A DNA stretch of 64,000 nucleotides, taken from Trichoplax adhaerens (lineage: Eukaryota > Animalia > Placozoa). Below, in pieces: positions 51,401 through 64,000 of this stretch (position 1 is the stretch's first letter; each line of letters begins with the position of its first letter). The notes under the pieces were generated by a model. It did no database searches, was not told where the DNA came from, and saw nothing but the letters and a program-made list of their open reading frames with translations. Both the position numbers and the translations under genes were made by a program. Location of the stretch: NCBI RefSeq assembly GCF_000150275.1, contig NW_002060960.1:572469-636468 (forward strand), in the 5' to 3' direction.

Positions 51401-53693
51401 ATAAAACTCCCGAAACAATTTTGTTAATTTAAGAAAATTTTTTAACTGACAGGAGTGTGGAAAGATGGGCCGCACCTATCATTCTATCTTTGCACTTTAT
51501 TGTATTACATCTTGCATTAATTAATTAATAACCTTAGTATAATGTAAAGTAGCAAATATAATTTAACGGAGACGTTTTGGTATTATTTAATGCTATCATA
51601 ACAAAGGATCATTAAAAAGTAATTAAAATTTCAATTACGGAAATCACTATATATTCGAGCGTTTTTGTTATTATTCTTTAGAATCGTTTTACCCTTGTGC
51701 TGTGGGGATCATTTTAACCGAAGTCGAAGAAATTCATTAAGAACTTTTTCTGTTTCGAATCGCTACTTGAAGTTTTTTCACTTTTCTCTTTCGTCAAAGG
51801 TACGGTAATTCATAATTTACTCTCTTTGCTTTCGTTCATGGTTTACGATTCATATAAAGCCTGAAAGCAATTTTTCAAATGTCCATTCCTGGAGTTTTTT
51901 TAACTTCACCACATCGTTTGCTAAAAGGCTGAATCAACGCCTAGAGTTATGTAGTGAAATATTTGCCTTTGATCAGCTACTATATCTGTTTTTGCTTACA
52001 AAGCAGGCTGATAGAACATTCATTTTACATCGATTAAGTAGCTCTATTTCAGTATAACAACATTTGAACGGGTACTTTAATCCTTTTGGACACGTTTTTA
52101 TCTCATTGTAGGCAATTTACTCAACATTGATTGCCCAACTGTCTTCATTTATTATGATTTTTCATTTCAAATTGTAATTTCTCCATAGTCAATTCGGTAG
52201 GGTTTATATATTTAACCTGCGCTAAAATATAGAAATTTACTGCATACTCGTATATACAGCATGTCATGTTGTGCATGTCCGTTGTTTTTCAGCATTTGAC
52301 AATAAATTGACTGGTTGCCGCTCCTTAAGATTTCAATTGTTTTGCAGTAAGACTTCCGTCCAGTTTGCTATTTGTACCTGCCTAAGAGTACTCTATCTAC
52401 GACGCCCTAGCTGTCCTTTCTAAAGCTTTGCCCATTACTAAAGCTCATAAATCTGTGCACGCCCTAAATTAAGAGCATGGGATGTAATTATGTGTGTATA
52501 CTGTCCTATATAATTTTTATTATTACTATATTATAATAGCATATACATACTGTACAGTACGTATTTATGCATAACAGACGCTTACAATGACGTTCTATTT
52601 TACCGCCGGTCCCACGATAGACAAATGCATTAAGAAAAAGTTTACATTGACCATTCACTAGATGGTATTACCAACTACAATGCAATGCAAAATAGCTATT
52701 GAATGTTTACACTGCACTTCTTAGCATTTCGTCATGGACTTTATTATTCCCAGATGATTTTAAATTACTGTAACAGTAAATTATTCATACTATTTTATAC
52801 AATATGCTACGTCCAATTGTTTACAACGGCAATGTTATATAAGCTCAACATTATGCGTCATAGTGGTACAGTCAAAAAATATTATTGTTTTACCGTTTAT
52901 ATATCAGTTACTACTACGATACACTAATTCTAACTTTTATAAACCATTAAGCTAAAAATGCTAACTTTCGCTTGATATATAGTAAATTGTTTGCTGGAGT
53001 TCCCATGTAGGGCATTGTAGCGCTTGCGTTATTCCTAGATGTTGTTGTTTATACTATACTGCACTGTATCTAAATGATTGCATTGATTTGTGTTAGTACG
53101 AGTTAAATGAGCGATTATTCTGTAACTACAGTTTATCATGGAAACTAAAATTAGTATTAGTGAATAGTGCTAGTGTAGAAATTACTCGTCACTCACAAGC
53201 ATTGTTAAGAATTGGACCTTCGAATACAACATTACTATTACATTATAGCGCATTGTGAACTACAATTGTAAAAATAGTATGTTTGATTAAATTGTAGTGT
53301 TATTATTAGTCGTTTTAAGCTTGGACATTCATTTGTAATCGTGAAGCTGTTCGTTGTGCATATTAGATTAATAGTTTCGGTCATCTGGTGTGATGCTGAG
53401 TTACAATTTATGCTCGGTTTGTTTTGATTTTGGAATATTGACAGTTTCAGGTGGCTATTTCCAATGCCATGTAGTATATTGAGTTTAGCGGACACTGGCT
53501 TTTTATTTTAAAATTTGACTGGGAAGTTGTGTCAGCAATATCCTACACAACACAGTACGCTTGCGTATGATAGCGCTTTGTAGCCTACGAGCAATTCACT
53601 TACCGGTTTCATCATTACACTATTTTTAAAATATAGGTTTATTATAGCTTTTTAGATTACAATTCTTTATACATCAATTAATTTACGAATACC

Positions 53694-56600
53694 ATGTCGG
53701 AAAAAAAAAAGTATATCGAGGAAAATGGAGAAGAGGAGACGGAACGTGGCCACTGGGGACACAAAATGGACTTTATGCTGTCTTGCATTGGTTATGCTGT
53801 AGGTCTTGGTAATGTATGGCGATTTCCATACCTATGTGCTGCTAGCGGAGGAGGTAAATAATAAAAGCTACATTATTTTCTTACGTAAACTGTTTAGAGT
53901 TTAATGGTATATCATAGTGTTGTATCAAACATTATACATGTATGAGTTTAATTCGTGGTAGAAATATACCTAGATATAGTTTTATCAGCTCCTTCGACGT
54001 AAATTGCTTTGGGTTCGAGATTCACAATTCCTATCATTTGATTATACGATGTAGGAGCTTTCCTTATTCCGTATTGTACCATGTTAATCCTTGTCGGAAT
54101 ACCTATTTTCTTTATGGAACTTGCAATTGGCCAATATACGCAAGAGGGACCTCTTAAAGTATGGGAAAATCTGTTTCCTTTACTGAAAGGTGCGTTATCA
54201 TTAAATGGTTATTTTACAAATGTTTGGCAACGATCTACAATTGCAGACTCGGATAATTTATGTTACTGCATGTTTAAAAAGTGATGAACTGTTTCGTCGA
54301 TTTTATATACTGAACAGGCGTTGGTTATGCTATGCTGGTGTGCTCTTTCGGTGTTGGTATTTACTACAACATCATCATTGCTTGGTGCTACTACTTTATG
54401 TTTGCATCTATGCAAGATCCATTACCTTGGGCAAGTTGCAATCATACATGGAATACCGCAACCTGCCGTGTGAGTGTAGTACGATGCCCTGCAGCTAATG
54501 CAACCGCGGCCCCTACCACTATGATTACTAGAGCAATTAACGCTACTAAAGCTCCTTGCCTCCCGATTAATGCACCTGTAACTACACCTAGTGAAGAATA
54601 TTGGAAGTAAGTTGCTGGATAATCAATAATTGAAAATATGAATTCTTGAACGATGTAGTACTACTTAATTGTTGATATAAGAGAATGCGATCGTAGGTTA
54701 CTACATTTAGTGAAATTGCCAGTAGTATTACAATTCTAAGTGGCGACAGTTGGATACCAAACCTGTATTTCAAAATTTCTAAAAGGGAATAATTTTTGAT
54801 TTTAGTCGTGAGGTATTAAAAATTAGCTCTGGAATTGGTCAACCTGGTGAAGTTCGATGGCATTTAGCTTTGTGTTTATTGTTGGCTTGGATTGTAATTT
54901 ATTTCTGTATTTTCAAGGGTATTAAATCATCTGGAAAGGTATATGCAATATTAATAATGCATGTTGATGCAGAATCATCTTAATTAATATCTCAGTTTCC
55001 TAATTAACCGTGTTCTTTTGGGAATGAAATAGGTCGTATATTTCTCGGCCACCTTTCCTTACGTCGTGCTTGTAATTTTATTAATCCGTGGAGTAACTCT
55101 TCCAGGCCATTTAGATGGAATTCTGTTTTATCTAACTCCTAGATGGGAGAAACTTGGGGATGCGAACGTGTGGGCATCTGCGACTACACAAATTTTCTTT
55201 TCGCTTAGTGTAGGTTTTGGAGGTTTGATTACTATGGCCAGCTATAACCAGTTTTATAACAACTGTTTTAGGTAATGTTTTACATACACGGTATATCGTA
55301 AAATTATACTAAATCATTTTTGTGACGTGCTTAAGACAAATCGTTAACTTATTACACGTACTGCTTTAGGGATTCTTTAACAGTATCATTGATCAACTGT
55401 GGCACCAGTTTCTTTGCTGGTTTTGTAATCTTTTCAGTTGTTGGTTTCATGGCCTATGCTTCTGGTAGACCAGTTGAAGCAGTTGCAGATCAAGGTAAGG
55501 GAATAATTAACTCTTTGACTAGTTAAATTGTAGCATTTTAGAAATCTGTATCAGTTTTTGATTTGCCTACCATCAATTTTTTTGTCTCGTTGTATAGGTG
55601 TTAGTCTCGCGTTTATTGTTTATCCTGCCGCTGTAGCTCAGATGCCTGTATCGCAATTATGGTCAATTATATTTTTCTTTATGTTGATAACCCTTGGAAT
55701 GGATAGTCAGGTAGGATAGTATTTAGTAGTAGCGTGTTGTCGACTTACTGCTGGATATGTAACTTAGATATGCAGAGTATTACTATGCTAACATCGATGG
55801 CTTTGTCTAAATTGAGGTCTATTTTATATTACTGGAATTGTTATAGATGATTATTGGCTGATCTGACTTTTAACTATGACTAAGTGAAATTTTTTTCTTT
55901 TAATTTTAAAGTTCGCCTTCATGGAAACTATTATTACTGCTGCCGTTGATGAGTATCCAGCTGTATTAAGGTCAAGAAAGTGGATTATCAGTATGATTGG
56001 CTGTTGCCTTATGTATCTATTAGGCCTTCCTTGCGCAACACAAGCTGGCGCTTACGTAGTACAATTGTTGGACGACCACGTTGCCGGAATCTCGTTATTG
56101 ATTTTGTGCATCTTCGAATGTATTGCTGTTGGTTGGGGATATGGTAAGATTGTGAATTATACTGTAACCAAACTGTTGGAACTGATTACTGTGAAAACTG
56201 TCTTAGTAACATTTTGAATTTGAATTAATGCATATATAGGCGCATTTAGGCTTGCCAAAGACATCGAAAAAATGATTGGTTATAAACCATTTTTGTATTA
56301 CTGGTGGATCTTGTGTTGGAAGTTTATTTCACTTGGCACTCTTTTGGTAGGTTGTTTAATCGTTTTAAATACGATTATAACGCAAATGGATTGTATCTGC
56401 TCAAATTTTGATGTTAATTCTCTGTTCATTTTGGATATTTAGTTCGTAACTGTCTTCAAGATTGTTGGATATACTCCATCTTCATACGGTGGAAAACCTA
56501 TGCCTGCTTGGGCAGATGGTGTTGGATGGTTTACTGCGTGCTGTTCCATGGTATTCATCCCTGGAATTGCAATCTTTAAATTATTTACCGCAAATGGCTC

Positions 56601-56823
56601 TTGGAGCGATGTAAGATATAGCTAAACAATCTACAATTATTCTGACCTCCTGTATCGTAATGTACAAAAAATGATTTCGCAAACTAAAATGGTTATCTTC
56701 TACTGACAGCGATTTAGAGAATTAACAACACCAAGAGATGATAAGTTTGGTGATTTGCAAGTGAGCTACTTAGAACACAAGATCAGAAAGGAAAACGTTA
56801 CTTTGGCAGAGCAAAATGTGTAA
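53694..56823 (+). CDS. SLC6 (NSS) Na+/Cl--dependent transporter, amino-acid subfamily (PROT/GlyT-like), paralogue B, 11 exons, 604 aa
   Basis: Exons 53694-53853, 54055-54189, 54318-54606, 54806-54938, 55033-55271, 55370-55494, 55598-55710, 55912-56143, 56240-56346, 56443-56610, 56710-56823 (1815 nt, phases consistent). Same family motifs as paralogue A. Confidence 0.94.
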
Positions 56824-59800
56824 TATTTCAATTGGTTGTCTATTTGATTTGTTCAGTTAGTTATCAGCTACCGAATTTTTTGAATGCTCATCGATTGCTG
56901 TAATTTATGGCATGTATTTAAGAATTATCTCTTACAACCGTAAATGATATTACTCAACAATATATAAGCAAAATGTTTAATTTTGAATATACCCCATTTA
57001 GCATCCCATTAAAATTAATTAAAACTATTTTACTTGATATGGTGGAATCTATTCTTGATGATTTTGTAAATGCCATATTCGTTTTCAGTAACGTTAATAT
57101 AAAAATATGAAATTAACACTTCACATACCCCAACGTATAACCGTGAATAACACTTATCAAAGAGATGAGGAGTTTACCGGATGATACAAAATACTTTTAC
57201 TTCAAAAGCGGTGTGGTTGACACGACACCTGTTATTTGTATAGTTAGTAATGAGCCAAAGTTCTATTTTAAAGCGGTTTACCCCTGGCTTCAATTTAAGA
57301 GCTATTTGTTAGTGGAAATACTTCCTTCTTTGGCAACGATCTACCTAATGGCTAATAATGTTGTCGTATTTTGAGAGAAATATTGCAACATTCTTGATTT
57401 ATGAAGTGCTAATTAAGTTAAAGTATTGCTTTTGGTTCATACGCTGCTGTAAAATTATAGTAATCACTATGTTAGAGGATGGCTAACTTAAAATTTCATC
57501 GAAATGACTATTTTTCAACAATAAAGGTTGATTATTAATATGGAAGCAGTTGTTTGTTTTAGTTGCTTGATTATGCTGTGACTTAAACTATTGACGGAAT
57601 TGTAAAGCAGCTCTTATTTAACGCTACGGGATAAGTAAACTTGCCTGTAGGTAATTGCAATTAGCTAATGCATACGGTGAAATGTCGAATCACATTTTTT
57701 ATCACTTTCATAACAATAAATGACTAGTAATTCATAGTAGTGCAATTTAAAAAGCCTTATGTGATACATACCATGTGACATGTACTTTGCAATATATGTT
57801 ATGGTTGTGATTACGTGATATAGCAGCAGTTCTGAGCGATAAGATATTACAGTTGCAAATTTACGCCACAGCCAAAGTGTGTGCTATATATAGTGTAATT
57901 TATTTCGGAAAATATGAAAGCCACGTAATATTTTTACTTGGGCGTTATAATACAAATCTGAATGATGCTTTAGTTTTCAAGAGTACTACAGACGTTATTG
58001 GGCATTATGTAATATGCTATAAAACGAGTCTACAACCACTCTAAGTCAAAATTTCATTTAGTACCGCTATAAATTAGTTTATAATTAAATATAGCGTTCA
58101 GTTGTGATACCCGATACTGTATTAAATGTATGAATCCTTCTAGAGATATAGAGATGAAATATAGCAAGTGTTATAATTGAAACTAGCGAAACCAGTGAAA
58201 AATTTCCACGGAATGTAATGCTATTTTAAGTTAATAGTTGTAATAGAGTTAAGAGGTCCAAAACTCCTTGATATTAAAATATATTAGCTAATATGAAATT
58301 TAGTCCTATATTATATTCGGTAACATTTAAAGTACTGCACTATATACAATACGTTAAGTGAAAGCTGCACGATGTTTTATCCTAGTCGATCATTTCCATT
58401 TAGCAATGTAGCCTTAATGCTGATATTCTTTAACGCTCGCGCCCTTGATAAAGCAGAGACTACTAAACAACAGTGCTAAAAGAGAGAGTGACTGTCAACG
58501 ACTTTCGTCGGCCAAAATGCGAAGGCTAACTATTTATCAGTCCCTAGTTAAAGCGACATGTACAATAATTGTCTATATTTACAATACTTTGTCTGTTAAG
58601 TTAAGACTACACGAAAGTAAGATTGAAAATTTAATTTGGTTTAATTCATTCATAAAGTTATAAATTACAGGCGATTCGTTATGTGTATATAAAGTTATAT
58701 GCTCAGTCTGGAAAATTGTACATGTGCAGTATTGCATGCGAAGTATAACGAGCGATGGGTCTACCAGTAATTAATAATAATTAATAAAATACGCATATGC
58801 ATTATCATTCTAGGCTAACTTCAATTTTTAATAATTCTGCTTGATGATCAAGTGCGATATATTAATTTAGCATACGGAGAATTAGATAATTAGCCTGTGC
58901 ATAAAAGACGCCGTCTGGTAGTGAATAGTAGCCAAAGCACTTGTACGATTGGATAATTCTAGTCACTAAGTTTAGAGTGAATGAATGTTGGTATGATACT
59001 TGTCCAGAATTGTCTAATCATGCAATTGATACATCAGCTGCTTCTTATTGTATTGTAAACTGAAAGTATTCTATAATTATAATATGAAAGTAATTTAATG
59101 TATTTAAAGATGATACTTCAATAGTATAGACTAAAGTGTCGTGATCGATAGCAACTCACAATTTCGGATTTTTTTCTTATTTATGAGAAAGTTTTATTTG
59201 GATACTTTCGGTCAATAATTCAGTAGTAATGCTTTATGCAGTTGTTGCTCGTTAATAGTACTGGTAATTAAAGATTACAATGAAAATTATAATATCTAAT
59301 TGATGATATTATGGGAATTATGATTTATTGTAATAGCCTTTCAGCTATCGCGCGGAGGCTACACAGGTATCCGGAAATGAAAGCAAAGTTTAGAACGTTA
59401 ATTTTATTTTTACCGTGGCTATCTAATGTAAATAGGAGAATTTAGAGCAAGATAGATTAAATCCTGCTATATTTTTAGGCTTTAATACCGTTTCTGATTA
59501 ATAAATTTTGCTTTTATTCTGCTATAAATTCAATGAAATTTCATGTTACAGCATGCAACTATCCAACTTTTAAAAAAGATGCGTAAAATATTAACTTTGT
59601 GGTATGACTCTGCTGCTTAACTATTATTGCTTTCGTAGTAATGATGAGTCATGATAGCAACCATAAATTCATTGCACGATAGATAATTCTTACATTTTAA
59701 CCAAATTGTAAGACTTAATCTCTGCCAAATGGTTAATAACTGGCTCTAATCACTACTCTTGTAGCGAAAATACTTTAGTTCAGATGTTGAACTGGAGTCA

Positions 59801-60683
59801 CTTTTACTCATATAATTTTTCCTAAAATAATTGTTGTTAAAAATAATGATCTTAATATTCCAGTTTACAAAAGTTAACTTTAAATTAATTGCTTGGGCTA
59901 TTTACATACTATTTTCGCATTCTGTAGGTGTAAAATTATTAATTTTAGTATAATGATAAACCCTGGATATTTTGTATGAAATAAGATTTCGTTAAACTTG
60001 AGCATTAGCAAAATTTCGTCTAATTAACAGCTATTACAACTTACTGCACTTACTCATGCTAACATGTAATGTAGAAACTGTTTTCATATTATCACACCGA
60101 ATAATCCATGCTAATAACGAAATCTCATAGGTCTTTTAAATTAAGTAATCTTTACATGGAATTAAATGACTAGTTAACAATATACGCCAACTTCCTTCTA
60201 CGAATTTACAAATAAGTAACATTTCCGAAAATTTATGTATAATAATAATTTTAATTCATCGATATCCTGTCCGTCTTACGCCAGCTAAAAGTTACAAGTC
60301 GTGATTTACTCTTTATTAATGAATAATTTGAGTGTACTATTAGCGAGTCACAGCATTGCTTCTCTTATATTTATTTAACCTTAAGAATAAAATTACATTT
60401 CTGTACCGGTGCAACATCATTTATACAAGTTTTACTTATACAGTAGTAACGGCTCTTAAATGATTACTATTGCTTGCTACTAATTCTTCAACGCTGTAAT
60501 TTACCGAAAAGTAGCAGTATTGCAACAATTGTTATTACGTTATGCATCATTGTACCGCAAAATGAAGATTTTCCTCTCAAAATTGCTGTTGGGAAATAAA
60601 TTACTGCCATATTCAAGTAGTATAAATTATAAAATTAATCTTACTGGAGGCAAGAGTGATAGTAGTAAGCTGTGGTGAGAGTG

Positions 60684-61165
60684 TGTAGTGCAGCCCCAAA
60701 TATAGCTTAGATTACTATTATAAGACTGTACGAGAATAACTTAACTTGTAAGCTAGAGTGTAAGATTGTGTAAGAGTCTATTTGTAGAAGATGTTTACAG
60801 TACGTATTGTAGCGAATCTATTAAGATGTTTATATAAAGATCTGAGATATAAATAGATTTGCGCTAAGTATGCTAGTACTGTAAGTATTGTATTGTAATG
60901 CTTTAAATAGACGCGCGAATTATGAATAGATTGCGCGATAGTAAATTTAGATCTGATCTTGCGACTTAATGGGCAAGATAAGATTTGTTACAGTAAAAGC
61001 ATTCTGTAACTAATCGTATATAAATCGTGAATTTTGCTGTAATAAGTAGATTGTCAGATAGTCAGATAGTCCTTGGTAGTTAGACGAACCTAACTTCTGT
61101 AATAAAGTGAAATTTGCAAGAAACTGTACTTCTTGATTTATTGTTTTGAAGATCACTTTATCACA
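60684..61165 (+). mobile_element. Candidate solo LTR (482 bp) of an LTR retrotransposon
   Basis: Starts TGTAGTG and ends ATCACA (TGT...ACA). Flanked by the direct repeat GAGTG (60679-60683 and 61166-61170). Internal TATATAAA at ~60831 and ~61017, and AATAAA at 61101, about 60 nt from the 3' end. Confidence 0.6.
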
Positions 61166-64000
61166 GAGTGATAGTTTAATAGCTACTCAAAGCGCAAAAA
61201 AAGCCTACTTCGCTTTATTTTCTGGCCTCATAGACTGTCGAACTTATATTAGGACATTACTCCGTTATAACTAGTTCTCTTTCTATTATAAAATATTTCG
61301 ACATTTCATTACTTATGATAGTGAATAATTAATAAATTATTGTGATCAATTAAAAAGAACACGTGAACTTTAACTTATGACATATCAAAGTCTTACGACT
61401 TCAGCTGTAGACATGTCTGCTTCTAAAAGCTCACCTTAGCTCAACTTAATATCTTCGATCATATTTCATGAACGAACATCCATGAATGAGGTAGCTACTC
61501 ATGAACAAAGTAGTAGAGGTCTTGCTCTAGTCCATCGGTATAATATCTTATTGGGGATTGCAGAAAATACAAACGACGATATTGTCTATTTATTACGTTA
61601 AATTCGAATTTTAATCAGTACAACAATCTCATGATTAGCTAACTAAGTACTGTACAAAGGTATAGTTTTTCCAATATAATTGGCAGCTATTGACTGTGAT
61701 CAAGTCAAAAATATTCTAACAGGTTGTGATAGTATTTTATGAGATACATTATGCAAGAAATTGTCCAGTTGCTACTATAAGTTTCGATATAAAGATATCT
61801 TGATATTAATAGCATATAATGAGAATATTGCGTAGATAAATCATACAGCATTTTATGATGCTTCTTGCTAGAGATAGAAATCTTGTCGTCATCAAAGTAG
61901 TCAGATTAATCACCGTTGATAGTCCAGGTAAATTACCGTACTATTAAGTTCACTAAGCGCAAAAGTGACTAGTTACTATTATAAATTATAACGTAAAAAC
62001 ATCAAGTCATTATTATAGGAGTAAAAGAATCTTACTGCACTAAAAACAGCGGTTTATAGTTCCTGAAACGTTCATTAAACCTCAAATCTATAAGTAATAT
62101 CATAAATTTAGAATTAAAGATGATCACTTACTATTAAGGTACAGTAGGTAGTAATATAGCGCCGCCAAAGATACTTGTTGCAAAATATTTTATGATTAGT
62201 GAAATCGAACAGTCACGGGCATAATTTCTAATTGATGCGCAAGTAGTTACGAATAGGTATAATTATATTTTATAAATTTATATATTAAGCGTGAAATCAT
62301 TAACATTATTATAAATTTTACTCTAACGATATTAATATATCAGTAAAAACTTTTGCTCTAGGTAAAGCGGGATCGCAACCTATAACTTTTTTCCTGCGCG
62401 AAATTGATTAATTATTACTACAAATCTCGAATTAGAAAAAGTCTAAATTCTATTTATTTAGAAATAGAATCTTGCTACCGTTAAATCGTATGACATTTAA
62501 TGATAGCTAGTCACTAATGAAATAGTGAGAAAGCATTGCTACGCGTCGTATATAATTATATATATACATAATTTTTGAATTTTGGAGGTCAAATCTTTAT
62601 TAAGTTATAATAGTAAGAAAATCTTGCTACAGATGTAGTCTGTAGCAATTTATTACGTCTGTTACATCACTTAAGTGTGCAATTGATCATATACTACTAA
62701 CGATATAAATTTCGAATAAATGGTAACTTGGCATTAATAAAGTAGTACCGTAAATTCTTGCCACAGGCGGACCGTGGGTACTGAGATAACATATAAGACA
62801 ACACATTATACTGATAAAACTTTAAAATAGGATTATTGGTATTTCAAATATGATATTTAAGTCTTAGGTTCTCTAAAGATGAGCAAGAATTGACAGATCA
62901 TAGCTGATATAATATCCTCTAGAAATCTATTGTAATTGCCCAGATATGAAAATTTGATTTCTGCTTCAGATACTATCAAACATATAGAGTCATATACAAG
63001 CTTTGCTGATAGTGTTTTAAACATAACATTTCGCTACGATATGCTGCGATATTGACGACACCACAAAGTGTATTTAAAATATGGATTTTAGTAATCTATA
63101 GATTTCTTATACGTCACTCTAGTCGAAGTTATTCACCCAAGATAACGATTACTTATATTTTTATTTAAGTTATAAATCAATTATAAAAATATTGCTTTTA
63201 CCTATAAAGATTAATAGAATTGCCACCAACTGATGGATATTTTACATTTTGCCTTATTTTTATTCCATTTAGAATTCCATGGTACCTAATATCCCAATTT
63301 AGTAGCATAGCATAATTTATGTACCCTTGTACATTCATGTAACCGCCAATTCAAAGGTTTGGGTATGAAATTTCACAACTACAGCCACTATTCACATATA
63401 TTTTCTAATAACGTCACTACTAAATCATTGCAATACACGCTATTAGTAGTATACAAGCATAATGTATGCACTGATAGTTGAAGTTGTACAAAATATATGT
63501 TGCAGTCATTTCTAAACATGGATAATAAAAAGTCCTCGATTTTGGAGTAGTAATTGAGATTATGTTACGAAAATGTTATAACAATTTAATCTATTGCTTA
63601 TTACAATTAATATAAAATAACGGTAGGTATTCTAGTGATTATTTAATAGTAGAAAACTAATGGTACGTTGGCTACAATGCATATTTGTAACACATTCTTG
63701 AAGTTTAAAATTTAATACTAAAACTTTAATTAGCAGATGCGAAGTTAGTAATCAACTAAAATTGGACGAAAACAACGACAGCGTCCTGTTTAAGCCAATT
63801 AAGTATTTCTAATAACTCTCTCTTCGTCTAAAGACAAGCTAGTCTTCCATTATTTATTAAATAAGTGTGTCATTGTCGATAAATCAGATCAAGTATTTAT
63901 TTGCATACTTAAAACATCAGTAAGGACCTATCATTTCCGTTCATTTCTTCAATTTTATCAACTATTAAAAATCTGCAAAAATCACTTGTTTAATAAGAGA

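Noticed and set aside
51790-53660. Possible 5'-UTR exon and long intron of SLC6-B (AAAG|gtacgg at ~51800; acceptors at ~53636/53655)
   Set aside because: Plausible, but splice-like motifs alone cannot support it without transcript data.
57165-57374. 69-aa ORF downstream of SLC6-B
   Set aside because: No homology recognised; length expected by chance

Overview
Eukaryotic, AT-rich genomic DNA with short GT-AG introns. It resembles a basal metazoan, possibly a placozoan such as Trichoplax; this is inference from composition and gene style only. Four complete genes were reconstructed by hand. (1) A 12-exon SLC49A4/DIRC2-like MFS transporter (+, 10442-15227, 478 aa). (2) ATIC/PurH (-, 17011-19008, 591 aa), which has a 25-nt first exon missed by the ORF track and only one intron. 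(3, 4) Two tandem SLC6 Na+/Cl- amino-acid-type transporter paralogues (+, 34808-37705, 613 aa; +, 53694-56823, 604 aa), with reciprocal intron differences and shared non-canonical motifs. The first 13.7 kb is a near-identical tandem pair split by an N-gap, probably two haplotypes assembled side by side. Non-coding structure includes CAGTA/TACTG palindromic microsatellite islands carrying decayed coding-like fragments, a candidate 482-bp solo LTR, a 236-bp MITE-like inverted repeat and several small tandem repeats. No rRNA, tRNA or CRISPR array was seen. I found no clearly new multi-gene system; the best leads are the intron-loss patterns, the divergent SLC6 pair and the CAGTA fold-back islands.
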